DNA of 64,000 nt from the NCBI GenBank assembly GCA_963663965.2, contig CAXXFK010000038.1, positions 32,001-96,000 of the forward strand, given 5' to 3'. The notes under the pieces are model-generated. The model was given only the letters and a program-made list of their open reading frames with translations, searched no databases and was not told the DNA's origin. How positions within the stretch are numbered: position 1 is the stretch's first letter; each line of letters opens with the position of its first letter. Origin of the DNA: Sedimentisphaerales bacterium (lineage in GTDB: Bacteria; Planctomycetota; Phycisphaerae; Sedimentisphaerales; SM23-30). The position numbers and the translations under genes were made by a program. Below, in pieces: positions 23,016-32,794 of this stretch.

Positions 23016-23040
23016 GAGCGTACAGACTTGATGAGCCGGG

Positions 23041-23076
23041 GTTTCGTGCGAAGCCGCAAAGTTATAAAAGTGAATA
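23041..23076 (+). repeat. Pre-gene spacer block E, copy 3
   Basis: 32/36 identical to 22155-22190; ends 1 nt before the ATG at 23078. Confidence 0.85.
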
Positions 23077-23077
23077 G

Positions 23078-23413
23078 ATGAACCTGCGAGACATTTTTGC
23101 AGTTGCTGTTATGGATATAATATTATTATTCTCAATACTCATCTGTTTTATTGTTAATCAGATTTTATCATATAAATTTGGTGACTATTTGTATAAACAC
23201 CATTATCATGCATGGGATAAGATGACAAAAGTACCTGGAGGAATGCGATGGGAATGTAATCGTTTCACTTTTTTTGATGAATTATTTAGTGATGTATACT
23301 ACGGAGATCCTGAACTACCAAATAAAAAAAGGAGGTTACGGGTAACAATAGGATTACATTTTTTTTTCAATAATTGCGTTTGTTGTATACCTGATATTAT
23401 CTGGTTAAAGTGA
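23078..23413 (+). CDS. Small hypothetical membrane protein
   Basis: N-terminal TM segment. The T run near 23360 may frameshift a second TM segment. Confidence 0.6.
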   Translation: MNLRDIFAVAVMDIILLFSILICFIVNQILSYKFGDYLYKHHYHAWDKMTKVPGGMRWECNRFTFFDELFSDVYYGDPELPNKKRRLRVTIGLHFFFNNCVCCIPDIIWLK

Positions 23414-23453
23414 TGGTTTGTTATGGGATAATGGGTGCTGACTGGCTGATGTC
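23403..23453 (+). repeat. Post-gene spacer block F, copy 2
   Basis: Matches 21788-21838. Confidence 0.85.
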
Positions 23454-23474
23454 TATGATGGATAAGGCAAACGT

Positions 23475-24014
23475 ATGAGTCAAAATCTGATCATTTTGTG
23501 TCTGACCGGTGTGGTGTGTCTGGGAGTGGGTCTGGTGGCGGGATCTTTTTTTGCGGGGCGGTATGGTCATACGGTAACGGAAGAGATGCCTGGGTTGATC
23601 CGGCAGTTGCTGCAAACGGGCTATTATGATCTGCCCTGTGGGGGCGGGCCGTTATTTACCCCGGATCAGGCGGAAGAAGACGGGGCGCTCAAATATGGCG
23701 CAGTACGATACCGGTATTTGAATCTGGCGCTGCTTTATGACCCATTCGTTATTGCCGAGGCGCCGGATGAGGCCGGACGGGTGGCGTATGCGGTGTTGTA
23801 TCGCATGGCGGATTTACCTTTTCTGGATGAACTGATCCGGTTGAGGATGCAGTTGAACCCTGATCTGGCCGGTACGGATGGATCGATACAGAAGTATCCG
23901 CTGGATACCTTGATTCAATTAATCGCGCATAAACTGAAATGCGGTTGCCCGGAAGGTATGGTTCCGATGGATGCCAAAGAGATGGATGATCTGATCTGCC
24001 GGTGGATGTGTTAA
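23475..24014 (+). CDS. Hypothetical membrane-anchored protein
   Basis: N-terminal TM segment; GC content returns to the host-like level. Confidence 0.65.
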   Translation: MSQNLIILCLTGVVCLGVGLVAGSFFAGRYGHTVTEEMPGLIRQLLQTGYYDLPCGGGPLFTPDQAEEDGALKYGAVRYRYLNLALLYDPFVIAEAPDEAGRVAYAVLYRMADLPFLDELIRLRMQLNPDLAGTDGSIQKYPLDTLIQLIAHKLKCGCPEGMVPMDAKEMDDLICRWMC

Positions 24015-24045
24015 GAGTGGTAAATCTTATTCAAACAGGCACTAA

Positions 24046-24224
24046 GGGACCGTCAATAAATAAATACTGCATTTCTCATCCCATCTTGCCGCCATCTTCA
24101 GCCGCTTCTCAATCGCAAAATCCTCGACATAGAACAGCACTGCCTGCGGCTTTGCTCAATCGGCGCGACTGAATCTGACGACAAGCTGGGCGATAAATTG
24201 CAGCATTTATTTATTTACAGCCCC
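24046..24224. mobile_element. 179-bp palindromic MITE with 26-bp terminal inverted repeats and TAA flanking duplication
   Basis: Left end GGGACCGTCAATAAATAAATACTGCA versus reverse complement of the right end GGGGCTGTAAATAAATAAATGCTGCA (22/26). TAA on both sides; inner arms also complementary. Confidence 0.8.
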
Positions 24225-24454
24225 TAATAAAACAAGAGAATGACGGATAGGAGTACAAATATCCCCCGTTTTTGTGCCTTGCCCTGGAAAACATTCCCTG
24301 AATTCTCCTCTAAAGCTATTTTTGGAGGTACTTTACATCTATTAGACCATTGCCGTTATGAATTTGGCTTGACAGTGGGCGTAATGAGAGGTACTAATAT
24401 AATTATCTATATTATAAGGAGTTGTCACAGTATGTCCGGAGAGAGGACTTTGAA

Positions 24455-25867
24455 ATGAATTCGTTGGAAAAATATGACCGGCTGGCGAAGAAGTTTCGGT
24501 GGAAACTGGGATTGATCCTGTATTTCAGGCAGTTCCTGGGCTGGGCCGCAGTGGTGATGTTTCTTTGGGGTGTGGTCGTACTGGTTTTAAAGGGATTGAG
24601 CCTGGATACTCTTTGGTATCAGATAGTACCGGGTACGGCGTTGATCGCGCCGGTGGTGATATCGCTGGTGTGGATGTTGCGATCGCTGCCGGATCCGGCC
24701 AGGATTAAAGCCATGCTGGATCTGCGGGTGGCGGGTGGCGGATTGATTACCGCTTCAGATGAGATCGATATTCAGCAGTGGATGGATCGGATTCCCAATG
24801 AACGGTCGCCCCGGCTCTCGTGGCGCGGGGGACGGGTCCTGACGCCGTTTATCCTGTCGATCGTTTTTCTGGGAGTGGCTTTTGCGATTCCTGCCCGGTT
24901 AATCGCCGCGGCGCCGAACCGGCTGGATATCGGGGAAGAACTGGATCAGTTCAATCAGCAGTTGGCGGTGCTGGAAGAAGAGCAGATCCTGGATGAAGAG
25001 CAACTCCAGGAGTATCGCAAGGATATTGCTGATTTGGATAAGAAAGCGGCCGCCGGCGATTCAGGCGGAATGTGGGAGGCGATGGATCATCTGGATAATT
25101 CGCTGGAGAAGGTGGCGGAAAAGGAAGCGCTGGATATGCTCAAGGAGTTGCGGCAGAATCGCCTGGCGCAGGAACTGGCCCAGGCTTTGAATCAGAACCA
25201 GGATCAACTGCCGGCGGGAGCGCTGGACGCGGCGGTTGAGCAATTGAGCCAGTTGGCGACAGGCAGTGTGCCGCCGGAGGCGCTGGAAGAGGCCGGTATT
25301 TCTCCTGAGGCATGGAAAGAACTGCTGGCAAAGATCCAATCGGGGCAGTTGAGTGAGGGGGAATGTACCCAGATGCAGCAGATTCTTGGTCAGTGCGGCC
25401 AGTGCCAGGGGGGGAAGATCGGACGGCTGGTGGACGCGCGGCTGCTGGATGGCAAATTTATGAAACTATGTGAAAAGGCGGGGGAATGTGATCCGGAGGC
25501 TTTGCTGGCGTATTTGTCGCAGTGCGAGGGAATGACACCCGGTGACTGTCAGGCCTTGTGTCAATTACCCGGCAAAGGCGGCGTGACGCGGGGGCGGGGT
25601 GACGCGGCGCTGACCTGGAAAGATGAAACCCAGACGGCAGATATGGGCTTTAAGGAAGCGGTTTTGCCACCCGGATCGCTGGCTTCATTGCGTGACAGTC
25701 AGATCCAGGGTGTTTCGATCGGGGATCCGGGTACGGAAGAGCCCCTGGGGCCGTCCGGCAGCGGCGCGCTGGCCGGGGCGAGCGCCACGGGCGGGACCGC
25801 CCGAACTCACACGGTGCTGCCGGTCCACCGAAATTCCGTGAACAATTATTTTAACCGGAATAAATGA
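24455..25867 (+). CDS. Membrane protein with coiled-coil and Cys/Gly-rich C-terminus (MoxR-operon associated)
   Basis: 3 TM segments, a long helical region, and the tail PGKGGVTRGRGDA...HRNSVNNYF. GAGAGG RBS. Confidence 0.8.
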   Translation: MNSLEKYDRLAKKFRWKLGLILYFRQFLGWAAVVMFLWGVVVLVLKGLSLDTLWYQIVPGTALIAPVVISLVWMLRSLPDPARIKAMLDLRVAGGGLITASDEIDIQQWMDRIPNERSPRLSWRGGRVLTPFILSIVFLGVAFAIPARLIAAAPNRLDIGEELDQFNQQLAVLEEEQILDEEQLQEYRKDIADLDKKAAAGDSGGMWEAMDHLDNSLEKVAEKEALDMLKELRQNRLAQELAQALNQNQDQLPAGALDAAVEQLSQLATGSVPPEALEEAGISPEAWKELLAKIQSGQLSEGECTQMQQILGQCGQCQGGKIGRLVDARLLDGKFMKLCEKAGECDPEALLAYLSQCEGMTPGDCQALCQLPGKGGVTRGRGDAALTWKDETQTADMGFKEAVLPPGSLASLRDSQIQGVSIGDPGTEEPLGPSGSGALAGASATGGTARTHTVLPVHRNSVNNYFNRNK

Positions 25868-25970
25868 TGTTGTGCCGGCGGGATCGGCATAAAGTTTGTA
25901 ACAAAAAGACATGATTGACGTCTATTCAAAGAGTGTGTTTGTCTACAGGACTTGAAGCAGGTATGAGATT

Positions 25971-27008
25971 ATGACAGAGAGACAAGAAGGAAAACTGTTA
26001 ACCGCAGAAGAGATTGAACCGGTCACGCGGATTTTGAATCAAACGCTGGACAGCCTGAACCATATGCTGTTAGGGCGGCCGGAGTTACATAAGCTTGTCC
26101 TGATCGGCGTGATCGCCCGTGGACATATTCTGCTGGAAGGGGTCCCGGGTGTCGGCAAAACCGCGTTGATTCGGGCCCTGGGCGAAATTCTGCAATTGAA
26201 GTTTAACCGGGTTCAGTTTACGCCGGACCTGATGCCGGGGGATATCCTGGGAACGCATATCCTGGAAGAGACCGAGCATGGACGCGCGATGCGGTTTGAG
26301 CCGGGCGCGGTCTTTTGTAATATTTTACTGGCAGATGAGATCAACCGGGCTTCACCCAAGACGCAGGCGGCGTTGCTGGAAGCGATGCAGGAACGGAGCG
26401 TCACGCTGCTGGGCGAGACCCGGGTGTTGCCAGATCCGTTTTTTGTGCTGGCTTCGCAGAATCCCATCGAGCAGGAGGGGACCTATCCATTGCCTGAAGC
26501 GCAGCTGGACCGTTTCATGTTCAAACTGCAGGTGCTGGGTTCCAGCGCCGAGGTGCTGGAGCAGATCATTACGATGCGACGGCGGGGTGAGACGCCGGCC
26601 AGTCCTTTTCAGATGAGCCGGGATGATCTGTTAAAGGTGTTTGCGGTTATGGAACAGGTATACCTGCCGCGGGCAGTGGCCCGATATATCGCCCGGTTGT
26701 CGGTCGCGACGCATCCGGATGGCGCGGAAGCAACGGAACCGGTCCGTCACTATGTCAATTATGGCGCGTCGCCCAGGGCGGCGATCGCGATTGCGGAGGC
26801 CGCCCGTGGATACGCCCTGCTTGCGGGCCGGCCCACCGTGGGTTTTGAAGATGTGCGCGCGGTGGCTGGGGCGGTACTGAACCATCGGATTTTATTAAAT
26901 TATAATGCCCGGTTCGACAAGGTTGACAGTACTGTTATCATTCAATCGCTGCTGGAGAGTCTGGATGAGGCGGGTTTGAATTTGCCGGAAGATGTCGGTG
27001 TGGCTTAA
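25971..27008 (+). CDS. moxR: MoxR-family AAA+ ATPase
   Basis: GHILLEGVPGVGKT, RVQFTPDLMPGDILG, LLADEINRASPKTQAALLEAMQE, QNPIEQEGTYPLPEAQLDRF, GASPRA. Confidence 0.95.
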   Translation: MTERQEGKLLTAEEIEPVTRILNQTLDSLNHMLLGRPELHKLVLIGVIARGHILLEGVPGVGKTALIRALGEILQLKFNRVQFTPDLMPGDILGTHILEETEHGRAMRFEPGAVFCNILLADEINRASPKTQAALLEAMQERSVTLLGETRVLPDPFFVLASQNPIEQEGTYPLPEAQLDRFMFKLQVLGSSAEVLEQIITMRRRGETPASPFQMSRDDLLKVFAVMEQVYLPRAVARYIARLSVATHPDGAEATEPVRHYVNYGASPRAAIAIAEAARGYALLAGRPTVGFEDVRAVAGAVLNHRILLNYNARFDKVDSTVIIQSLLESLDEAGLNLPEDVGVA

Positions 27009-27052
27009 TCTGATCGAATACCGAGTGAGACGATTTAAGGAGTGAAACCAGC

Positions 27053-28867
27053 TTGAAGGAAATTATGAAACGATACATCGTGGCCCTGGCCGTCTTGTTC
27101 CTGTTCACCGCGATGCCGGCCGATGGGGCGACCCGGTTGGAGAAAGCGCCGGAAATAGAGATCGAGGTTAGCGCGCCGCCGGTACAGGATTGTATCGCGT
27201 CCGGTTATTATGAATACCGGATTCATATCACCAATACAGATGATCTGCCGCGGCTGGTTGAGCTTATTTTGAACGCGAGCGGCCATGTCACGCAATTGTC
27301 CCGGGTCGTGCAGGTGGAAGGCAAAGGCTCGGTGACGGCTCCGATTTATCTGCCACCGGTCAGCATGCAAAGTTATGCCATGCAGGTCCGTGTCAACAAT
27401 CGATATGGTGGTAATGTCGATCTGGGGATCGATCTGATGTCCTATCGAAATGGCGATACCCTGCTGGTCAGCCAGACGTTGGGTCAGTGGGTGTATGACT
27501 GGCAGGTGGTGTTCCCGGAGTTTTCGGAGGATAAACATGGGGAACAACAGCGAATTGATAATATGCTTATCAAGCGATTTATGCCGATGGTGAAAACCGA
27601 TCCCATCGAGGCCTGGAGTACCAACTGGCTGGGGTATACAGCCTATGCCGCTGTGGTGATCAGCTCGGTGGACTATCAGCGGGCCCCGGCGGCGGTGATT
27701 TCGGCAATGGAACGGTATATTGAGGCCGGCGGCACCTTGATAGTGGCCGGGGATTTTCAGCCCGCGGAAGGGTGGTTTGTGCAAGAGGAACCGCAACCGT
27801 TCGGGCGGGCGTACTACCGGGGATTCGGGGTTTTGCTGGCGATGACGGAGATGCGGGCCAACGAGAGTCAGTGGGGTCAACTGGCCGCTTTCTGGGATCG
27901 CAGCGCGGCGCCCTTCCGTCATCAGGATGAGATATCACGTTCCACTGCGGGCGGGGGTATGAATGTGGTGGAGGATAGCCGAATTCCGGTAAACGGCTTG
28001 TTTGTGGTCGTACTGATTTTCGCGATCCTGGTGGGACCGCTGAACGCGCTGGTTTTTGCCCGCAAGGAAAAGCGGATGCGGATCTACTGGACGGTTCCGT
28101 TGTTTTCCGTGATTGCCACCGCGGCGATAGTGCTGGTCTCGTTGTTATCGGAAGGGATCACCTCAAGTGTCCGAACCGCGGGTGTGGTTTATCTGGACGA
28201 GAACAGTCATCGGGCCGCGGTCTTGAGCCGGATAGGTTATTATTGTCCTTTGCCTCCGGGAAGTCTGGCCTTCAGCAACGATGTCCAGTTAAAATGCGCG
28301 GCGCTGGGGGACTCTTGGGATAGCAGTTCCAACCGGCGGATCGATTACAGTGACGGGCAGCGTTATTTTGGCTGGATTTCGCCCCGGATGCCGGAATATT
28401 TTGTCAGCCGGGCCAGTCAATCGTGCCGTGATCGACTGACGGTGCGGTACGATCTGGCGGGCGGGATTTCGGTGGTGAACGGGCTGGCGGCCGATATCAA
28501 GCAACTCTGGCTGGTGACGGCCGATGGTCAGGTTCGCGGCGGGGAGAATCTGGGCGCGGGACAGGCCGGCGATCTGGCAGTGTTGGATCGAGAAGCGCTA
28601 ACCGCGATGGATTATCCGATCGACGTTTACGCGTTGTCGAAGATTTACAGCATGAGGCAGTGGCATACGCTTACGACGAATATTCCCAATCTCTATTTGA
28701 ACAACTGGCTGACACCGGGTCATTATGTGGCGATATTGCATGATAATCCTTATACCGAAGTTGGATTTGAAAATTACAAGTCGACGGGTTCGGCATGTGT
28801 GGTTTACGGGGTATTGAATCGTGAGGCACTTGAGCCGGGCAACCAGGCGCGGGCAGAAAACCAATAA
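27053..28867 (+). CDS. Exported/membrane protein of the MoxR-ABC operon
   Basis: Signal peptide, GATase-like ERYIEAGGTLIV segment, two TM segments (ILVGPLN...WTVPLFS). Confidence 0.8.
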   Translation: MKEIMKRYIVALAVLFLFTAMPADGATRLEKAPEIEIEVSAPPVQDCIASGYYEYRIHITNTDDLPRLVELILNASGHVTQLSRVVQVEGKGSVTAPIYLPPVSMQSYAMQVRVNNRYGGNVDLGIDLMSYRNGDTLLVSQTLGQWVYDWQVVFPEFSEDKHGEQQRIDNMLIKRFMPMVKTDPIEAWSTNWLGYTAYAAVVISSVDYQRAPAAVISAMERYIEAGGTLIVAGDFQPAEGWFVQEEPQPFGRAYYRGFGVLLAMTEMRANESQWGQLAAFWDRSAAPFRHQDEISRSTAGGGMNVVEDSRIPVNGLFVVVLIFAILVGPLNALVFARKEKRMRIYWTVPLFSVIATAAIVLVSLLSEGITSSVRTAGVVYLDENSHRAAVLSRIGYYCPLPPGSLAFSNDVQLKCAALGDSWDSSSNRRIDYSDGQRYFGWISPRMPEYFVSRASQSCRDRLTVRYDLAGGISVVNGLAADIKQLWLVTADGQVRGGENLGAGQAGDLAVLDREALTAMDYPIDVYALSKIYSMRQWHTLTTNIPNLYLNNWLTPGHYVAILHDNPYTEVGFENYKSTGSACVVYGVLNREALEPGNQARAENQ

Positions 28868-28879
28868 GAGGTCAAACGG

Positions 28880-29821
28880 ATGGAAGTACAAGTAAAGAAC
28901 CTGGTAAAGGATTTTGGCAAGACCCGCGCGGTTGACGATTTAACTTTTTCCTTTTCGAGCGGTAACGTTTTTGGTTTTGTCGGTCCGAACGGGGCGGGCA
29001 AGACGACAACGATCCGTATCCTGGCCACCCTGCTGGAACCCTCGGAAGGCGACGCGTTTATCGACGGGTATTCGGTGGTTCAGGATCCGGAGAAGGTGCG
29101 GACCCGGCTGGGCTATATGCCGGATACCCTGCCCACCCACGCGGACATGACGGTTCGGGATTATGTGGATTTTTACGCGCGGGCCTCGGGCGTGTCGCCT
29201 AAGCGTCGTAAGGCAGTGGTGGAAGGGGTCGAAGCGTTTACCAATCTGACGGGGATCCGGCAGAAGTTTTTGAAGGATTTGAGCAAGGGAATGAAACAGC
29301 GGGTGTCACTGGCCCGGTCGCTGGTCCATGATCCGGCAGTATTGATACTGGATGAGCCGGCCGCCGGGCTCGATCCACGGGCCCGGATTGAATTGCGCGA
29401 ATTGCTGAAAGTACTGGCGGAGCAGGGCAAGGCGATCCTGATCAGTTCGCATATTCTGTCGGAGCTGTCGGAAATCTGTCATGGCGCGGTGATTATCGAA
29501 CAGGGCCGCCTGCTGCACGCGGGGAATATCGAGGAACTGCAACAGGGTTTGTCGGCGCAGAAGAAAGGGCATGCGGTAACGATACGCACTCAGGATAATC
29601 AACATGAGGCGCTGCATAAATTTTTGATTCAGCAGCCGAAGGTGGAAGAAGCGCTGTTGAATCCCAATAATGTCCAGATCCAGTTTTCCGGGACGAATAG
29701 CGACGCGGCGGATCTGATCAAGCGCCTGGTGGCGGCGGAAATTCCCATTATCGAGTTCCGGCATGAGAAGACCAGCCTTGAAGACATTTTCATGAAGATT
29801 ACCAAAGGAGGCGTTCAATGA
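28880..29821 (+). CDS. ABC transporter ATP-binding protein (ABC-2/CcmA-like)
   Basis: GPNGAGKTT, LSKGMKQR, LILDEPAAGLDP, ISSHIL. Confidence 0.95.
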   Translation: MEVQVKNLVKDFGKTRAVDDLTFSFSSGNVFGFVGPNGAGKTTTIRILATLLEPSEGDAFIDGYSVVQDPEKVRTRLGYMPDTLPTHADMTVRDYVDFYARASGVSPKRRKAVVEGVEAFTNLTGIRQKFLKDLSKGMKQRVSLARSLVHDPAVLILDEPAAGLDPRARIELRELLKVLAEQGKAILISSHILSELSEICHGAVIIEQGRLLHAGNIEELQQGLSAQKKGHAVTIRTQDNQHEALHKFLIQQPKVEEALLNPNNVQIQFSGTNSDAADLIKRLVAAEIPIIEFRHEKTSLEDIFMKITKGGVQ

Positions 29822-31302
29822 TCGGGCCACGCTGGCACCATACAGGCGTTCTGTCCAACCCGGTGATGATCAAGGAGCTGCGCCAGACGGTCAAAGGCAA
29901 AATGGCTGTTCTGGGCATGAATTTCATGTTAATCGTCCTGATCGTGATATTTTCCATTTCCCTGCTGAATTTCGACGAGAATGAGAATTTTGGCCGGAAC
30001 ATGTTTTACGGCGTGGTTTCGGTATTAGGCATTATCTGCCTGATTGTCGTGCCGATGAACCTGTTTAACCGGACCGGCGCGGAACGGGATCCGGAGGATC
30101 AGGACCTGATGTACATTACCGCCTTATCCCCGCATAAAATTGTGCTGGGAAAGTACGCGGCCGGGATCCTGGTTGTATTGCTTTATGGCTGCGCGTCGTT
30201 GCCCTTTATCGCATTTACCTATCTGCTGAAAGGAGTGGATTTTCTGGCGATCGGGCTGGCGCTGGGTCATGGCTTTTTGATGGTATTTCTCAGCATTCAG
30301 ATGGCGATTTTGCTGGGGTGTCTGCCCATGAATAAAAAATCGCGGGTTGGATTCATGGGATTTGGGGTGGTATTCTTCTGGATTATTTTATCCATGGGTG
30401 TTCCCTTCAGTCTGTCGAGGCGGGGAATGGGAGTGCCTTTTATCGGTGCATTGACAGTGAATTTCTGGTTCAGCACCATGGTCATCGTTTTTCTAGTCGT
30501 GTTAATTTACCTGTTGACGATCGCGCGTCTGAAGCCGCTGACGGCCAACCGGGCTTTCGTGCCGAGAGTGTATCTGAGCGGAATGTGGCTTTTGGGATTG
30601 ATCGGTATCGTCTTAACGCGAAACGTGGTTCTGTTTCATCTGTGGTTGATCCTATTTTATGGCATTTCGCTGTTTTCCCTGATTCTGGCTACCAGTGAAC
30701 GTGATCGGATCAGCGCGCGGATCCGCAGAGGGATCCCGGATGGACCGGGTCGGGTTCCGGCGTTTTTATTTTTCAGCGGATCGGGTTCGGGAATCCTGTG
30801 GTCATTGATTACGCTGGCCGGAACGCTTGGATTCAGTTATTTTTTGGGTCACCTGGGATGGTTTACAGCTTATTTTCCCGTGGGTCCGTTTGTGAATGAC
30901 TATTTGCCGCGATTTGTCATGTCGGCTTTGTCAGTGACCGGTTACAGTCTGATTTTTTATGGTTTGACCCGACTGTTAAGGCGGGAGAACCTGATGACCA
31001 AGACCTGGGCGCTAACTGTTGCTATAATGTTTATTATCGCGGCGATCACTGGCATTCTGGTTGAATCGGTTGAAAAGCCCAAAGACCTTTATATCGCGAC
31101 TCCGCTTTGTGGTGTCTTTCTTAAGTCGGATGATCTTTTTTTAATCCTCCTGTGGAGCTGGGCCGGGATCGCTTTGTTGCCATCGCTGCTAATCGTCATT
31201 AAACAATTCAGGGCATTTAAACCCTTATCCGATCAATCCATTGCCGCCCCGGTTCCCTCCGTTTCCCCGAAAGTTGACGATCATGAAGTTCCGGTTCAAT
31301 AA
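29818..31302 (+). CDS. ABC-2-type permease-like membrane protein
   Basis: NPVMIKELRQ, ER...DLMYITALSPHKIVLGK; many TM segments. Confidence 0.85.
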   Translation: MIGPRWHHTGVLSNPVMIKELRQTVKGKMAVLGMNFMLIVLIVIFSISLLNFDENENFGRNMFYGVVSVLGIICLIVVPMNLFNRTGAERDPEDQDLMYITALSPHKIVLGKYAAGILVVLLYGCASLPFIAFTYLLKGVDFLAIGLALGHGFLMVFLSIQMAILLGCLPMNKKSRVGFMGFGVVFFWIILSMGVPFSLSRRGMGVPFIGALTVNFWFSTMVIVFLVVLIYLLTIARLKPLTANRAFVPRVYLSGMWLLGLIGIVLTRNVVLFHLWLILFYGISLFSLILATSERDRISARIRRGIPDGPGRVPAFLFFSGSGSGILWSLITLAGTLGFSYFLGHLGWFTAYFPVGPFVNDYLPRFVMSALSVTGYSLIFYGLTRLLRRENLMTKTWALTVAIMFIIAAITGILVESVEKPKDLYIATPLCGVFLKSDDLFLILLWSWAGIALLPSLLIVIKQFRAFKPLSDQSIAAPVPSVSPKVDDHEVPVQ

Positions 31303-32794
31303 TCTAGTCTATACCACCATTGCCAATCCGGTCATGATCAAAGAGTTGCGTCAGACCGTCAAGGGACGGTTGACCATCCTGGGAACCCAGTTGCTCATGG
31401 GGGTTTTGCTGGTGGGGACCTGGTTGTTTTTAACAGAATATAAAAATGACCGGTATTCAGCGGAGGGCATGGGGCAGAACGCTTTTGCCGCGATACTCAT
31501 CGTCCTGTCCATTATCTGTTGGGGGATTATGCCATTGATCCTCTATTTTCGTACCAGCGCGGAACGCCGTCCGGAAGATTTCGATCTGATGTACATCACC
31601 CGGCTGACGCCGCATGACTTTGTGCTGGGTAAGTATATGACCGCGCTGTCGCAGATTTTTCTTTATCTGTTTACCTGTCTGCCCTTTTTGACGTTGCCAT
31701 ATCTGTTTGAGGGGATCGATATTTTCACCATGTATCGCGCCGTGGTCCAGATTGTCATCGCGACCATTCTGGCGGCCCAGATTGCTATTCTGCTGGGAAC
31801 GATACCTAAAAAGAAATTTCTTTTATTTTTATTCGCAGCCGCCTATGGCTTCATGGTTTTCGGGATGATCGTCGGGATGGTAGAAGCATTTTTGCCATTT
31901 GTTTTTGGAGGGTATTCCCGCAGCGTGATGGATCCCTTGTGGAATTTATACGCGCTGTCGTTTGCGGTGTTGCTTTCGTTCGCTTTGTATATTTTGAATT
32001 ACGCCTTTATCATGCCGGATACCGCGAACCGGGCAATGGGGCCCCGGCTTTATTTTACAATGTTGTGGCTGGTATCCTATGGGATATTTTTTACCCTGAC
32101 GATTGTGAAAAAGGATGATGAATATTATGGAATATGGACGGTGTTCGCATGGTTCGTCAGTTGTGTCACGCTTTTGTTTGGTATCAGCGAGCGGGACCGT
32201 TTGAGTCCGCGAGTGACCAAAACTATTCCAAAGGGGCCGCTACGGTGGCTGGTTTTTCCGTTTTACAGCGGATCCGGTCCCGGGATTCTCTGGTCACTTG
32301 GCATGATTTTTTTAACTATTTCGACTGGGTATTTGACAGGCTATGGTTTGGACCGGTTCAACATCATCGAGCTTGAATCCTATGTCATCCATTTGTTTTC
32401 ATCCATCACGGTGACATCGCTGATTATGGTCTTTTACTGTTTACTGGTCTATTATATTACCCGCAGTATCAATGCGCGCGATTTGAAAGGCAATGCCTGG
32501 CTGATTACTTTGATTCTGGTTGCCTCGCTGTCCTTATTGATCTGGTTTCTGGATGAGGCTTTCTCCTGGGGCGATAGCGATTTGATTTATCTTTTGAGTC
32601 CGTTCGGGGCGATGGTTTTTCAAGAGGACTCGGACATCAAGGGATTATTGGGATTTATTGCCATGGTGTTGTGTTGCGGCGTGGGTGTCTTGAGTATGAA
32701 ACATATTGGTCCTCAGATCATCCGATTTCGCCGGACACTACCGGCTTTGTACGCTGAGCGTGAGTCGGTTGAGTCCAGTGAGGTGGCGACATGA
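31283..32794 (+). CDS. ABC-2-type permease-like membrane protein (paralog of the upstream gene)
   Basis: Shares NPVMIKELRQTVKG, DLMYIT, TANRA, SERDR and SGSGxGILWSL with 29818-31302. Confidence 0.85.
   Translation: MKFRFNNLVYTTIANPVMIKELRQTVKGRLTILGTQLLMGVLLVGTWLFLTEYKNDRYSAEGMGQNAFAAILIVLSIICWGIMPLILYFRTSAERRPEDFDLMYITRLTPHDFVLGKYMTALSQIFLYLFTCLPFLTLPYLFEGIDIFTMYRAVVQIVIATILAAQIAILLGTIPKKKFLLFLFAAAYGFMVFGMIVGMVEAFLPFVFGGYSRSVMDPLWNLYALSFAVLLSFALYILNYAFIMPDTANRAMGPRLYFTMLWLVSYGIFFTLTIVKKDDEYYGIWTVFAWFVSCVTLLFGISERDRLSPRVTKTIPKGPLRWLVFPFYSGSGPGILWSLGMIFLTISTGYLTGYGLDRFNIIELESYVIHLFSSITVTSLIMVFYCLLVYYITRSINARDLKGNAWLITLILVASLSLLIWFLDEAFSWGDSDLIYLLSPFGAMVFQEDSDIKGLLGFIAMVLCCGVGVLSMKHIGPQIIRFRRTLPALYAERESVESSEVAT

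Noticed and set aside
17820..24014. Classical integron with attC sites
   Set aside because: There is no tyrosine recombinase in the window, I found no consistent RYYYAAC...GTTRRRY palindromes after stop codons, and some genes overlap directly.
28880..29821. ABC ATPase as the missing T1SS ABC for the adhesin
   Set aside because: It is a stand-alone ABC-2-type NBD coupled to its own permeases in the MoxR operon, not an HlyB/PrtD TMD-NBD fusion.
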